Below, in pieces: positions 9,592-18,127 of a DNA stretch of 64,000 nt. The stretch lies in contig CAMCVE010000012.1 of NCBI GenBank assembly GCA_945881775.1, forward strand, positions 8,073 through 72,072. The letters run 5' to 3'. A model generated the notes under the pieces. That model was not told the origin of the DNA, searched no databases, and saw nothing but the letters and a program-made list of their open reading frames with translations. Numbering within the stretch: position 1 is the stretch's first letter; every line of letters starts with the position of its first letter. Origin of the DNA: Bacteriovorax stolpii. Lineage in GTDB: Bacteria; Bdellovibrionota; UBA2428. The translations under genes were made by a program, and so were the position numbers.

Positions 9592-10494
9592 ATGCCTAGT
9601 TCCATAAGCCGGTCGGAGTGCCTGCTGCAAAAAGTTTCAAAAGTTCGCGACATCCCGACGCTGTCGGTGGTGCTAGGAACTGTTTTGAAAGCTTTGCGTG
9701 AAGAGGGAACACCTCGGCACAAAATTGCCGAACTCCTGAAGCGGGATCAAATTCTAACAGCACGAATTCTTCGTATGGTGAACTCGGGCTTCTATGCACG
9801 CTCTGTCGAAATCACCGACGTCAAACGCGCCCTGCATTTCCTGGGCGATCACACGGTGATGGCGCTTGTTCTGGGCACAACTGTGTTCAATGACGAGGAT
9901 CACGCCCCCTCGTCGTGTTTCGATGTTCAGAAATTTTGGACGCACTGTCTGGCAACAGCACTCGCCGCGGAGTTCTTGGCTCTTAAAATGGGACATCCCA
10001 ATCCTGCGGAGTGTTTCACGTGCGGACTCTTGCATGACCTCGGGAAGATGGCTCTGTTTAGGGCTGACAAAGAAACCCTCGAAGAGATCGTCGATAAGTG
10101 TCGTCGTGAGCAGCGCAGCTTTTTGAGCGCAGAACAAGAGCTCGGTTTGCCGGGGCATCATGTGATTGGTGAGCGACTTGCTCAGCAGTGGAACCTGCCA
10201 CTCGTGGTGCGGAAATCGATTCGCTATCACCACAAAGACGTCCGAGTTTTTGAGAGCATCGCGCCCGAGCACCGCAAGGTCGTGATGATGGTTTCGCTCG
10301 CAGACACGATGGCCAAGCGCGCGGGGCTCGGATTCTCCGGCGATGATCTCGTTCCTGCTTACAACCAGGACTATCTGACGGACCTTCGGCTTGCGCCCGT
10401 CTTCATCGAGGAACTCCAAGAGAGGCTTCCTCTTGAAACGGCGCTAGCGCGCGAGCTTCTCATTGAAAGAGGCCTTCAAAAGAAGGCTTCTTAG
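9592..10494 (+). CDS. HDOD domain protein
   Basis: IPTL...DQILTARILRMVNS, FWTHCLATA, CGLLHDLGK, HHVIGERLAQQWNLP...IRYHH. Confidence 0.9.
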   Translation: MPSSISRSECLLQKVSKVRDIPTLSVVLGTVLKALREEGTPRHKIAELLKRDQILTARILRMVNSGFYARSVEITDVKRALHFLGDHTVMALVLGTTVFNDEDHAPSSCFDVQKFWTHCLATALAAEFLALKMGHPNPAECFTCGLLHDLGKMALFRADKETLEEIVDKCRREQRSFLSAEQELGLPGHHVIGERLAQQWNLPLVVRKSIRYHHKDVRVFESIAPEHRKVVMMVSLADTMAKRAGLGFSGDDLVPAYNQDYLTDLRLAPVFIEELQERLPLETALARELLIERGLQKKAS

Positions 10495-10542
10495 GCCGCC
10501 TTTGGGCCTCAATAAAGTGCGGTGCATTAGGTGCTTTTGGGG

Positions 10543-10696
10543 TTATCCACAAGTTATCCACAGGCCGCCGGTCCCAAAACGGCTAAGTTTCTTGGTGCTA
10601 CAATCAAATCTTTGCCCAGTAATCCATGGTCTTGGCGCGCAGCAGTAAAAATATTTCAAAATTTCTTTCAAATCTTATTCACAAAGATGTGCATGA
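10543..10696. promoter_or_regulatory. DnaA-box cluster with an adjacent AT-rich tract
   Basis: TTATCCACA at 10543-10551 and 10554-10562, TTATTCACA at 10675-10683, reverse TCATGCACA at 10688-10696, and an AT-rich stretch at about 10646-10680, all in a 375-bp intergenic region. Confidence 0.65.
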
Positions 10697-10869
10697 GCGG
10701 CTAAGACGGAAAACTTTCGTTTTCTTTACCCCGTCAAAGTTTTGATCATTTCTCCCGTGAGTGTCGAGGGTGCAGGCGATTTCACGCACAAAAAGCCCTT
10801 TGCTGAGCTCCTCACGTTGGCGTCCAATTTGCACTCTTGGGGCGGCGGACATGCGGTTCGCATTGAAAA

Positions 10870-11898
10870 ATGCATTACGGAAGAACCAAAATTTTAGGGG
10901 CGATGTCCCTGACCTGCGCTCTGTTGTTGTCGAAAGACGTTTGCGCACAGGCGCGTGTGTCTCTCAGCTCACTCGATCTCGGGCCTCAAGCAGCTATCGA
11001 GAAGGAAATTTCTAGCGTCGAATCTTCCGATTATCTGCGCCGACTCGCCAACGCTGTGACATTTATTCAGGCGGGCTCCACTGCCGATTACTCCACTCCC
11101 TTTCGCTATATGATTCTCAACGTGGGAGTCGGTCTCGGCTACCAGGATGGCTATGCCGGGCTCGACGATGTCCTGCAGGGAAAGGCGAGTCCAGATCGCT
11201 TGGGGGCTTTCTCAGCTCAAGCAGCGCTTTCTATTGGGCTGCATTTTGCTGACGAGCAACGCTCTCGCTTCTTTGCGAGCTTCGCATCTTCGGACTACTC
11301 CAATCATTCTCTAGAGCTCGAGAACTCGGGTTGGGGAGTCTTGTGGCAGTACGATCTTGTGCGGGCGCCTGAGCGTCCTTCCCCCTTGCTGAGTTGGAAT
11401 GGACTTAAGGTAGGCACAGGGTTTCGCTGGAATCGCTTTCGTTCGCACTTTTCCAAACATCTGAGCGAGTTGAGTGCGGATGTTTCGGTCCCCGGGCAGG
11501 GAACACTCAAGGCGTCGATGACAGCAGATCTCGATGTCTCAGGCGACGTGCGTGTCATGAGTGTGCCGTTTGAGGTGGGCACTTCGCTGCGCTGGATGAG
11601 TGTGCTCAGTCTTTACGGGGTGCTAGGTGCGGACCTCAACTTCGGCGACGCGCGGGGATCTTTGCTCGTAAAAGGACCGCTGAGCTTCTCTACGACAATG
11701 GCAAATGGAGAGTCCGAGCAGTTGAAGGCCGACGCGGAATATGCCGTCACAAAGAGTGAGGAGCCGGATCCGTTCTCTCTCAGGGGACTGGTGGGCCTGC
11801 AGTTTGAACTCGGACGAGGTTCGGTTTTTGTACAGTATCAGCGCAGCAGCCTCGAAGATGCCGAAGCCGCCGCACTGGGCTTTAGAACTTATTTCTGA
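10870..11898 (+). CDS. Outer-membrane beta-barrel / Lsa36-like surface protein
   Basis: Signal peptide, alternating beta-strand pattern, VPFEVGTSLRWMSVLSLYGVLGADLNFG segment and C-terminal Phe (RTYF). Confidence 0.6.
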   Translation: MHYGRTKILGAMSLTCALLLSKDVCAQARVSLSSLDLGPQAAIEKEISSVESSDYLRRLANAVTFIQAGSTADYSTPFRYMILNVGVGLGYQDGYAGLDDVLQGKASPDRLGAFSAQAALSIGLHFADEQRSRFFASFASSDYSNHSLELENSGWGVLWQYDLVRAPERPSPLLSWNGLKVGTGFRWNRFRSHFSKHLSELSADVSVPGQGTLKASMTADLDVSGDVRVMSVPFEVGTSLRWMSVLSLYGVLGADLNFGDARGSLLVKGPLSFSTTMANGESEQLKADAEYAVTKSEEPDPFSLRGLVGLQFELGRGSVFVQYQRSSLEDAEAAALGFRTYF

Positions 11899-12278
11899 AG
11901 ACTGAGTTCGCCGATTTTGCTCGAGCCGTCCTCAGGAGCGTTGACGGTCCAGGCTTGAACTTCAAAGCGGCCGGCCCCATTGGTGTAGGCGAAGAAAGAA
12001 TAGTCACCAGCCTGATCGGTGAGGGCCGAATAGCTTTGGCCGCCGATACGTAGCGTCACATAGACAGGTCCGGGGCCGTCAAAGCGAACCGTGCCGCCCA
12101 CAGCGGCCATCGGATAAATACCCCCATTGCGATCAGCGGGGTAAATGCTCCGTGCATAGCGGATGAGGTTGTCGATAATTTGAGTTTCCTGGGTCTGAGG
12201 AGCGGCCACGGCCTCTGCGCCGCCGGCAAGCATCAGGGAGAAACTCAGGGTTTGGAAGATTCGTTTAAATGTCTTCAT
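11889..12278 (-). CDS. Small secreted hypothetical protein (beta-sandwich-like)
   Basis: Signal peptide from the ATG at 12278; the TDQAGDYSF motif resembles carboxypeptidase-regulatory/prealbumin-like folds. Confidence 0.55.
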   Translation of the reverse strand: MKTFKRIFQTLSFSLMLAGGAEAVAAPQTQETQIIDNLIRYARSIYPADRNGGIYPMAAVGGTVRFDGPGPVYVTLRIGGQSYSALTDQAGDYSFFAYTNGAGRFEVQAWTVNAPEDGSSKIGELSLQK

Positions 12279-12359
12279 GACTCTAAATCTACGCCCGAGC
12301 CAGGGAAATGACAACCTTGAGCACTGTTAGGAAGTCTTGGCCTAGGGCACAATGGAATC

Positions 12360-12935
12360 ATGTCAAAGTTGTTGAGCCCACCTAAGACTTCCCTCTTATT
12401 TGTTCTCCTGGCCTTGAATGCGCCGCTCTTTGCGGGCGAACTCGCGGGTGTGAAGCTCCCTGACACTGTAGTGCTCGAAGGACAGCCTAAGGTTCTCAAT
12501 GGACTCGGGCTTCGGCTGGCGACCTTTTTCAAGGTGAAGGTCTATGTCGCGGGTTTGTATGTGAACGAGAAGTCGACCGATGCGGCCAAGCTTCTTGGTG
12601 ACACCTCATCGAAGCTCGTACGCATGTCGTTTTTGCGTGATGTCGATGCCGAGACACTTGGGGAGGCATTCTCAGATGGTTTTGAGAAAGCTTGTAAGGC
12701 AGATGAGTGCAAAACTTTCGGCGAAGCCGTGAAGGCTTTTGTGAAACTTCAACCCGACGTGAAGCAAGGCGATACTTTGGACTTTGAGCTCCTTCAGGCG
12801 GAGATCATCGTGAAAAAGAACGACAAAGAGCTCGGGCGAGTCGCTGGCGTGGGACTTGGTCAGGTGGTGCTCAGGGTGTGGATTGGTGACAATCCCCCCA
12901 ACCCCGAACTCAAGGTGGGCCTACTCGGCAAATAA
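12360..12935 (+). CDS. Chalcone isomerase-like family protein
   Basis: LNGLGLR...FFKVKVYVAGLY and VWIGDNPP...LKVGLLG, with a signal peptide. Confidence 0.85.
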   Translation: MSKLLSPPKTSLLFVLLALNAPLFAGELAGVKLPDTVVLEGQPKVLNGLGLRLATFFKVKVYVAGLYVNEKSTDAAKLLGDTSSKLVRMSFLRDVDAETLGEAFSDGFEKACKADECKTFGEAVKAFVKLQPDVKQGDTLDFELLQAEIIVKKNDKELGRVAGVGLGQVVLRVWIGDNPPNPELKVGLLGK

Positions 12936-12952
12936 TTGCAGCGGAGCTTGAG

Positions 12953-13936
12953 TTAGGCCTTCTTCAAGTCGATCACGTCTCCGTCCATAGCGACGCGGAT
13001 TTCGACTTTCGATGAAGCGTGTTCTTTTTTAACGTAGTCCCAGGCGCGATCGAGTTGGTTCTGGATTTCGCGGTCTGTGTAGTAGGGATTCTGGTGGGCC
13101 AGGTAGAGCATCTTGGCGTTTTCGCGCACGCCGAAGTCGATCGCCTGGAAAAGATGGGCGTGGCCGAAATCTTCTTTGTTGATGAAGTCTTCGGGAGAAA
13201 AATGGGCATCAATGAATAGTACGTTTGCGTTTGAGTAGATGTTGTCTCCCGGTACGAGGTGAGGCCTATCGGTATTTTTGAGGTCGGTGTCGGTGGCCAT
13301 CACGAAAGCATGTTTGCCGTCGGAGAAACGATACGCGAAGCTGCCGCCCGGATGCGACTGCGGAAGGTGGTCCACCTTGATGCCGCCCAAGCGAAGGCTC
13401 TTGCCGAGGGCGATCTGATGGAATTGCACACGGGGTTCGATGATAGAAAAAGGAACTGGGAAATAGCGCGCATCAAAGAGGCCCTCGAGGCGGCCCCTAA
13501 GATCGGAGTGAACGCCGTAGAAATGGAAACGGTTGTTTTCCATGAAAAGTTGCGGAATGGTCACCAGCCCCGAGATGTGATCCCAGTGGGTGTGGGTGAA
13601 AAACATTGCGGCTTCGCCCTTGCCGCGCAGAAATTCGGGCGACTGAAGAGCAGAAGCCTTGTCCATACACGCCACCGTGAGTCCTGAACCCGCGTCGATA
13701 AAAATCGGCATGGGTGCAAGAGAGGTTTCAAGTTCCACACAGGTTGTGGCGCCACCAAAGGTTTGCGTGAGATGGCGTGGTTTGGAGTCGATGAAACGTT
13801 TGAATTCGTCCCAAGTATTGGCTTTGCTGTTTTGAGCAAGCTCCCAGATACTTTTATGAATCTCTTCGATTCGACTCTTAGAGGTTGGCACGGGGTGGGA
13901 CCCTCGAGCTCCGTGCACACGTACGATCATATGCAC
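12953..13936 (-). CDS. MBL-fold metallo-hydrolase
   Basis: GARGSHP, GGATTCVE, DAGSG, THTHWDHI, HPGGS, TDTD and GHA motifs. Confidence 0.88.
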   Translation of the reverse strand: MHMIVRVHGARGSHPVPTSKSRIEEIHKSIWELAQNSKANTWDEFKRFIDSKPRHLTQTFGGATTCVELETSLAPMPIFIDAGSGLTVACMDKASALQSPEFLRGKGEAAMFFTHTHWDHISGLVTIPQLFMENNRFHFYGVHSDLRGRLEGLFDARYFPVPFSIIEPRVQFHQIALGKSLRLGGIKVDHLPQSHPGGSFAYRFSDGKHAFVMATDTDLKNTDRPHLVPGDNIYSNANVLFIDAHFSPEDFINKEDFGHAHLFQAIDFGVRENAKMLYLAHQNPYYTDREIQNQLDRAWDYVKKEHASSKVEIRVAMDGDVIDLKKA

Positions 13937-13991
13937 CTTAATCTAAAACCGGTCTCTGGAATCCGCAACTCTGGGCTCGATATTTCCGAGC

Positions 13992-14909
13992 TTAAACAAA
14001 GTTACAAAACGGAACGATCAAGCGGCCCTGGGTCTCGGAATGTCTCTCGAGGGTGACCCGGACGCCGAGAGCCAAGGGGATGTGGGGCGCTTGGTGTCCC
14101 GCCCGAATTCCGCGGTATGTCGGAATGCCGACGCCCTCCGCCCAGAGCTTGAGCAGGGAGAACGCTTGGGGAGACTCGGTGAAGTGTCCCAAGAGGAGCG
14201 CGCGCACGTTTTTGATGTCGCGGTGCCCACCCAGTTGTTGGAGAAGGCGATCCAGCTTGTAGGAAGGTTCGTGGATGTCTTCAAAAAAAAGCAGCGTGGA
14301 CTCGGGGAGGCGGGGCTCCCACGGAGTCCCCATCATGGAGACAAAGGACGCAAGATTCCCGCCGAGGAGAGGGCCGCTGATTTCTGTGCGCTTCAGAGAA
14401 AGCTCTGAAGAGAGAGCCTTAACTACGAGTCGCTCGTGCGTGGTCTCAGCTTTTTGGGCGAGCTTCCACCAGCGTGCCTCGAGCGGATTTGGGGAGTGGA
14501 ACGACGCAGAGCTGAGCATCGGCCCGTGAACCCAAGAGCTCCCGCTGATCTCAAAGAGATAGTGCTGAAGCACCGTGAGGTCCGAGTATCCCCAAAGCAC
14601 CTTATCGTAGCGCTTCAGGAAACGGGTCTTGTCGAGTAGGGGCAGCAGGCGAATACCCCCATAACCCCCGCGAAGAGCGAGAATGTCGTGAATCTCTCGC
14701 GATGCCGAGAGCTCTTCTAGGGCCTCAATTTTGGCGAGGTCGGGGCCAGCCAGGAACTTTCGCACAGCTGAGTCGGGACGACTCGCCCAGCGACGGCTCT
14801 GCTGAGGGTAAACGGCAGCAACTCCCAGCGCATCAAGACGCTTGAGGCCTTTTTCGATCTCGCCCTTGGCGACCGGAGATCCCGAGTTCCAGAGTCCAAT
14901 AACTTTCAT
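13992..14909 (-). CDS. LD-carboxypeptidase (peptidase S66)
   Basis: RGGYG, GYSDLT (catalytic Ser), GGNL, FFED and GH motifs. Confidence 0.88.
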   Translation of the reverse strand: MKVIGLWNSGSPVAKGEIEKGLKRLDALGVAAVYPQQSRRWASRPDSAVRKFLAGPDLAKIEALEELSASREIHDILALRGGYGGIRLLPLLDKTRFLKRYDKVLWGYSDLTVLQHYLFEISGSSWVHGPMLSSASFHSPNPLEARWWKLAQKAETTHERLVVKALSSELSLKRTEISGPLLGGNLASFVSMMGTPWEPRLPESTLLFFEDIHEPSYKLDRLLQQLGGHRDIKNVRALLLGHFTESPQAFSLLKLWAEGVGIPTYRGIRAGHQAPHIPLALGVRVTLERHSETQGRLIVPFCNFV

Positions 14910-14913
14910 CGTC

Positions 14914-15540
14914 TTAGAAGGGGTACGATGCGCCGAGAGCGAGCATGTAGAGGCTTTTGCGAAGGCTAATGCCGAACTCAGAGTAGAAACTCCAGGGTGC
15001 GGTTTCAGTGACTTTCCAGTGCGCTCCCAGGGCCAGACTCATCAGGAACTCGCTGTAGTCGCTACGAAACACAAATTCAGGCTGGAAGGCTGCGTAGGGA
15101 GAAATGGAGCCGAAGTCGGCTTGCAGGTCTTTGGAAGCCACGATACCAAGCGAGATCAGACCGCGACTCAAATCCGACGTGGCTCCTTGAGGTTTGTCCT
15201 TGAGAAGGGCGAGACCTCCGAGGAAGGAAAGGCCCATTTGCTCAGGCAGATCGGGCAGCAGATTGTACTTGGTGGTGGCTCCAAGCATGAAGCCTGTCTT
15301 GCCTGTGCCAAAAAAGGCGTCAACATCGAAGAAGTGTTCGACCAGTCCTGTCCGAAAATGGGGCGAAATGTTCACGCCTCCACCCGAGTTAAAAATCACG
15401 TCGGTTTGAAGCTTCATCTCGTACTGGCCCGGGGCAATGACGGGAGTCGTTTGCATCAGAGAAGTGGCGCTGCCCGCCATTGCCGTCTGACACGTCAAAA
15501 CGGAGATCATAAAAAGGTAGAGATTCTTCTTGAAGTTCAT
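14914..15540 (-). CDS. Putative outer-membrane beta-barrel protein
   Basis: Signal peptide, amphipathic beta-strands and C-terminal GASYPF; lies 4 bp upstream of the S66 gene. Confidence 0.6.
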   Translation of the reverse strand: MNFKKNLYLFMISVLTCQTAMAGSATSLMQTTPVIAPGQYEMKLQTDVIFNSGGGVNISPHFRTGLVEHFFDVDAFFGTGKTGFMLGATTKYNLLPDLPEQMGLSFLGGLALLKDKPQGATSDLSRGLISLGIVASKDLQADFGSISPYAAFQPEFVFRSDYSEFLMSLALGAHWKVTETAPWSFYSEFGISLRKSLYMLALGASYPF

Positions 15541-15579
15541 AGGAACTCTTATCATCCTTTATGAGAGTTTTGTCGAAGC

Positions 15580-16644
15580 ATGGAAGCGAAAAAATCCCAC
15601 ATCAAGCTCCCTGAAAGTCTGAAGGATCTACCTAAAGACTACTCGGGCTACGTCGTGATTTCGGACATCGATAAGACCTACCTTGCCACTCAGATCGATT
15701 CGATCGGAGGGCTCCTCAAAACAGCGTTTGAGACCGCCGAGGCAAAAGACAATATTCCCGGATTTTCGATTGTGCTGCGAGCGCTTCGCCGCGGAGCCGC
15801 AAGCGAAGCGCAAAACAACCCCATCTATTTCGTGAGTGCCTCTCCGCCGCAGATGCAAGAAACGCTTATGGCCAAAATGGAGCTCGATGGCATCGAACAC
15901 AATGGCATTGTGTTTAAGGATCAACTCCAACACGTGCGTCGTCGGGACTTTAAAAAATTAAAGGAGCAAATCGGTTACAAGCTCGAGGCTTTGTTGCTTT
16001 TGTGGCTGGCTGTTCCGCACACCTCCAAGATTATTTTGTTTGGGGACGACAGCGAAAGCGACCCAGCGATCTACTCTCTGTTTTGCGACATTCTCGGGGG
16101 AGTGCTTCGAGGTCCCACGCTTCAAAGCCTGCTGATGTCGCTCGGAGTTTTTGCGGAAGAGTTGGAAAAGATTTTAAAACTCGCGGACCGAATCACCGAT
16201 GTTTCGTTTCCGGTTGAGTTTGCGTTTATCAATCTCGTGACCGGCTCACAGGCGCCCTACTACTCGCGCTTTGGTCCACATTTCTACGCCACTGAAAACT
16301 CTCTTCAAGTTGCGCTCACTCTGTACGAAAGGAACTTGATTCGAGAGCAAGCCGTGCGCTCTATCGGTCGCGATCTCGCCCTTTATTACGATCTGAGTCC
16401 CCATAGGATTCTGGAGAGTCTCAAGTTCGGTGCGCAGCGCGGGCTCTACGGCCACTCAACTCTTCGCAAGCTTTGGCTGATGCTGGCGCAGGCTCGTGTC
16501 CTGCCGGAGCCGCAGACGGAGGATCTTGAAGACACCGAGGTCGGCGAAGTCACGCGCTTAAATCGTCAGCGCTGGGTGGAAGAGATGGGTCGTGGGGATC
16601 TCAAGAGTCTCAAGCTTCGCTATAGCGACGAAGGTCGCTATTAG
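15580..16644 (+). CDS. App1/DUF2183-like HAD phosphatase domain protein
   Basis: ISDIDKT (DxDxT), YFVSASP and ILFGDDSESD motifs. Confidence 0.75.
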   Translation: MEAKKSHIKLPESLKDLPKDYSGYVVISDIDKTYLATQIDSIGGLLKTAFETAEAKDNIPGFSIVLRALRRGAASEAQNNPIYFVSASPPQMQETLMAKMELDGIEHNGIVFKDQLQHVRRRDFKKLKEQIGYKLEALLLLWLAVPHTSKIILFGDDSESDPAIYSLFCDILGGVLRGPTLQSLLMSLGVFAEELEKILKLADRITDVSFPVEFAFINLVTGSQAPYYSRFGPHFYATENSLQVALTLYERNLIREQAVRSIGRDLALYYDLSPHRILESLKFGAQRGLYGHSTLRKLWLMLAQARVLPEPQTEDLEDTEVGEVTRLNRQRWVEEMGRGDLKSLKLRYSDEGRY

Positions 16645-17468
16645 CGGCCCTCTTCCACAGAATTTTTGAGCCACTCTTCTACGGACCTGTTCAGATCTTT
16701 GCGATCTTCACCGAATGAATAGAGATGCGTTGCACGGGGTTTCCACTCAAGACACAGTTGGGCAGCGTATCGCTTGATGAGATCGGGAAAAAGTTCTCCA
16801 AATTGCTTTAGGGCGTTGAAGCGGAAAGGCGAATCGCCCGTATAGATCCATAGGCACCGGGCCCCGCGCTTGAGCGTGGCCTCGAGCGCGTTTTGGATTT
16901 GTGCGACGCTGAGCGAAGCAGACTCTGGGTTGAAGATGATGTTCTGGACGCTCGCGCGTTGTCTGGTGGGACCGAAGTGGCGAATCAGGAGGTTTCTCCA
17001 TTTTCTCCAATGGGTCGCCTGAGCGATTCGTCGTAGCCAGTAGTTCTGCGATGCTGGGATTGGAAGATCGAGGAGTACGAGACCTTGGACTCGAGGGTCC
17101 CGGGGTGCGTAGAGAAGAGCCGTGTAGGCTCCGGCACAAAGTCCTATGAGGACAAATTTTCGGTAACCAAATTCTTGTTCTAAGGTCTCGAGAGTTTCTG
17201 CAATGTCGACGAACGTGCGCTCGATCGGATCTGAGGGAGAGCTACGCTCGCAGCTGTCTCCTAGCTTGGCTTGATCCAAGCGAAGATGGTCAAAGCCCAA
17301 ATTCGTGATGTGTCGACCCAGCGTTACGTGCAGCCTAAAGGGCCCGACTCGCGGGAGCATCCCGGCGTTGAGGAACACGACGAGAGTATCTGACGGAAGC
17401 TCTGATCCTTGTGAGAGTACGGCGACCATGCCTTGGTGGGATCCAAGAATGAGGACTCTTTCTTTCAT
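16641..17468 (-). CDS. Alpha/beta-hydrolase with Cys nucleophile (resembles exosortase-associated hydrolase 1 type)
   Basis: NAGMLPRVGPFR, RLDQAKLGDS, GLCAGA elbow and a C-terminal H. The ATG at 17468 overlaps the upstream stop (ATGA). Confidence 0.75.
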   Translation of the reverse strand: MKERVLILGSHQGMVAVLSQGSELPSDTLVVFLNAGMLPRVGPFRLHVTLGRHITNLGFDHLRLDQAKLGDSCERSSPSDPIERTFVDIAETLETLEQEFGYRKFVLIGLCAGAYTALLYAPRDPRVQGLVLLDLPIPASQNYWLRRIAQATHWRKWRNLLIRHFGPTRQRASVQNIIFNPESASLSVAQIQNALEATLKRGARCLWIYTGDSPFRFNALKQFGELFPDLIKRYAAQLCLEWKPRATHLYSFGEDRKDLNRSVEEWLKNSVEEGR

Positions 17469-18127
17469 TGGGATAGGCTCCGTATCAAAAGTTCGAGACT
17501 TGGGCCCGGCATCCAGGGGACCTCTCGACGCGTTGAGATCGTCCAATCTTCAGAAATGGGGTGAGAGACGTTTTTCTCGGGCACGCTACGTAGCTTTGGG
17601 ATGTCTTCTCGAAGTTGTGGGGGATACAAGTAGCCGACGCGCTCATCCTCAACGTGAAGCTGGCGAGCTACCAGGCTGAGGTTGCGAGCGTCGAAGTCGA
17701 GTCGATCGATTTCGTTCATCCACTGAGCGCCGGAGGCAGGCGCATGCCAACCCAGCACAGGGGTACTGCCTGGATGACTCTGAAGGGCGTGAGCGGCGAC
17801 AAGCGCACCCAGGCGCAAACCCACCACGATAATTTTGTGCTGTGGGGCCAATGACCTGAGCTCGTTCATTGCAAAATTGAAATCTTCGCTCAGCTGCAAC
17901 AAAGAAGTGGGCGCCTCGCCCCAAGAGTCGCCACAACCCCGCCAGTCAAAACGAAAAGCGGGTCCCTTCCAGCGTTCGGCGGCTATTCGTAGAGCGCGGT
18001 GGGCGCGGCCGTTCTCGTGGCCAATGCTGGGGCACAAGAGAAGTGCCACGCTCTGTTGGGTCTCTTGGGCCGCATGAAAAACTCCGAGCAGCGGTGTCTG
18101 GCTCGGTCCAAAGAAGTCGACTTTCAC
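17465..18127 (-). CDS. Alpha/beta-hydrolase-like protein lacking the Ser nucleophile (resembles exosortase-associated hydrolase 2 type)
   Basis: LLCPSIGHE, RFDWRGCGDSWG and GLRLGA elbow. The GTG start overlaps the NRPS/PKS stop (GTGA). Confidence 0.75.
   Translation of the reverse strand: MKVDFFGPSQTPLLGVFHAAQETQQSVALLLCPSIGHENGRAHRALRIAAERWKGPAFRFDWRGCGDSWGEAPTSLLQLSEDFNFAMNELRSLAPQHKIIVVGLRLGALVAAHALQSHPGSTPVLGWHAPASGAQWMNEIDRLDFDARNLSLVARQLHVEDERVGYLYPPQLREDIPKLRSVPEKNVSHPISEDWTISTRREVPWMPGPSLELLIRSLSQ

Noticed and set aside
10012-10027. parS-like sequence TGTTTCACGTGCGGAC (similar half-site near 1520)
   Set aside because: Only one arm matches the TGTTTCACGTGAAACA palindrome, and both lie inside coding sequence.
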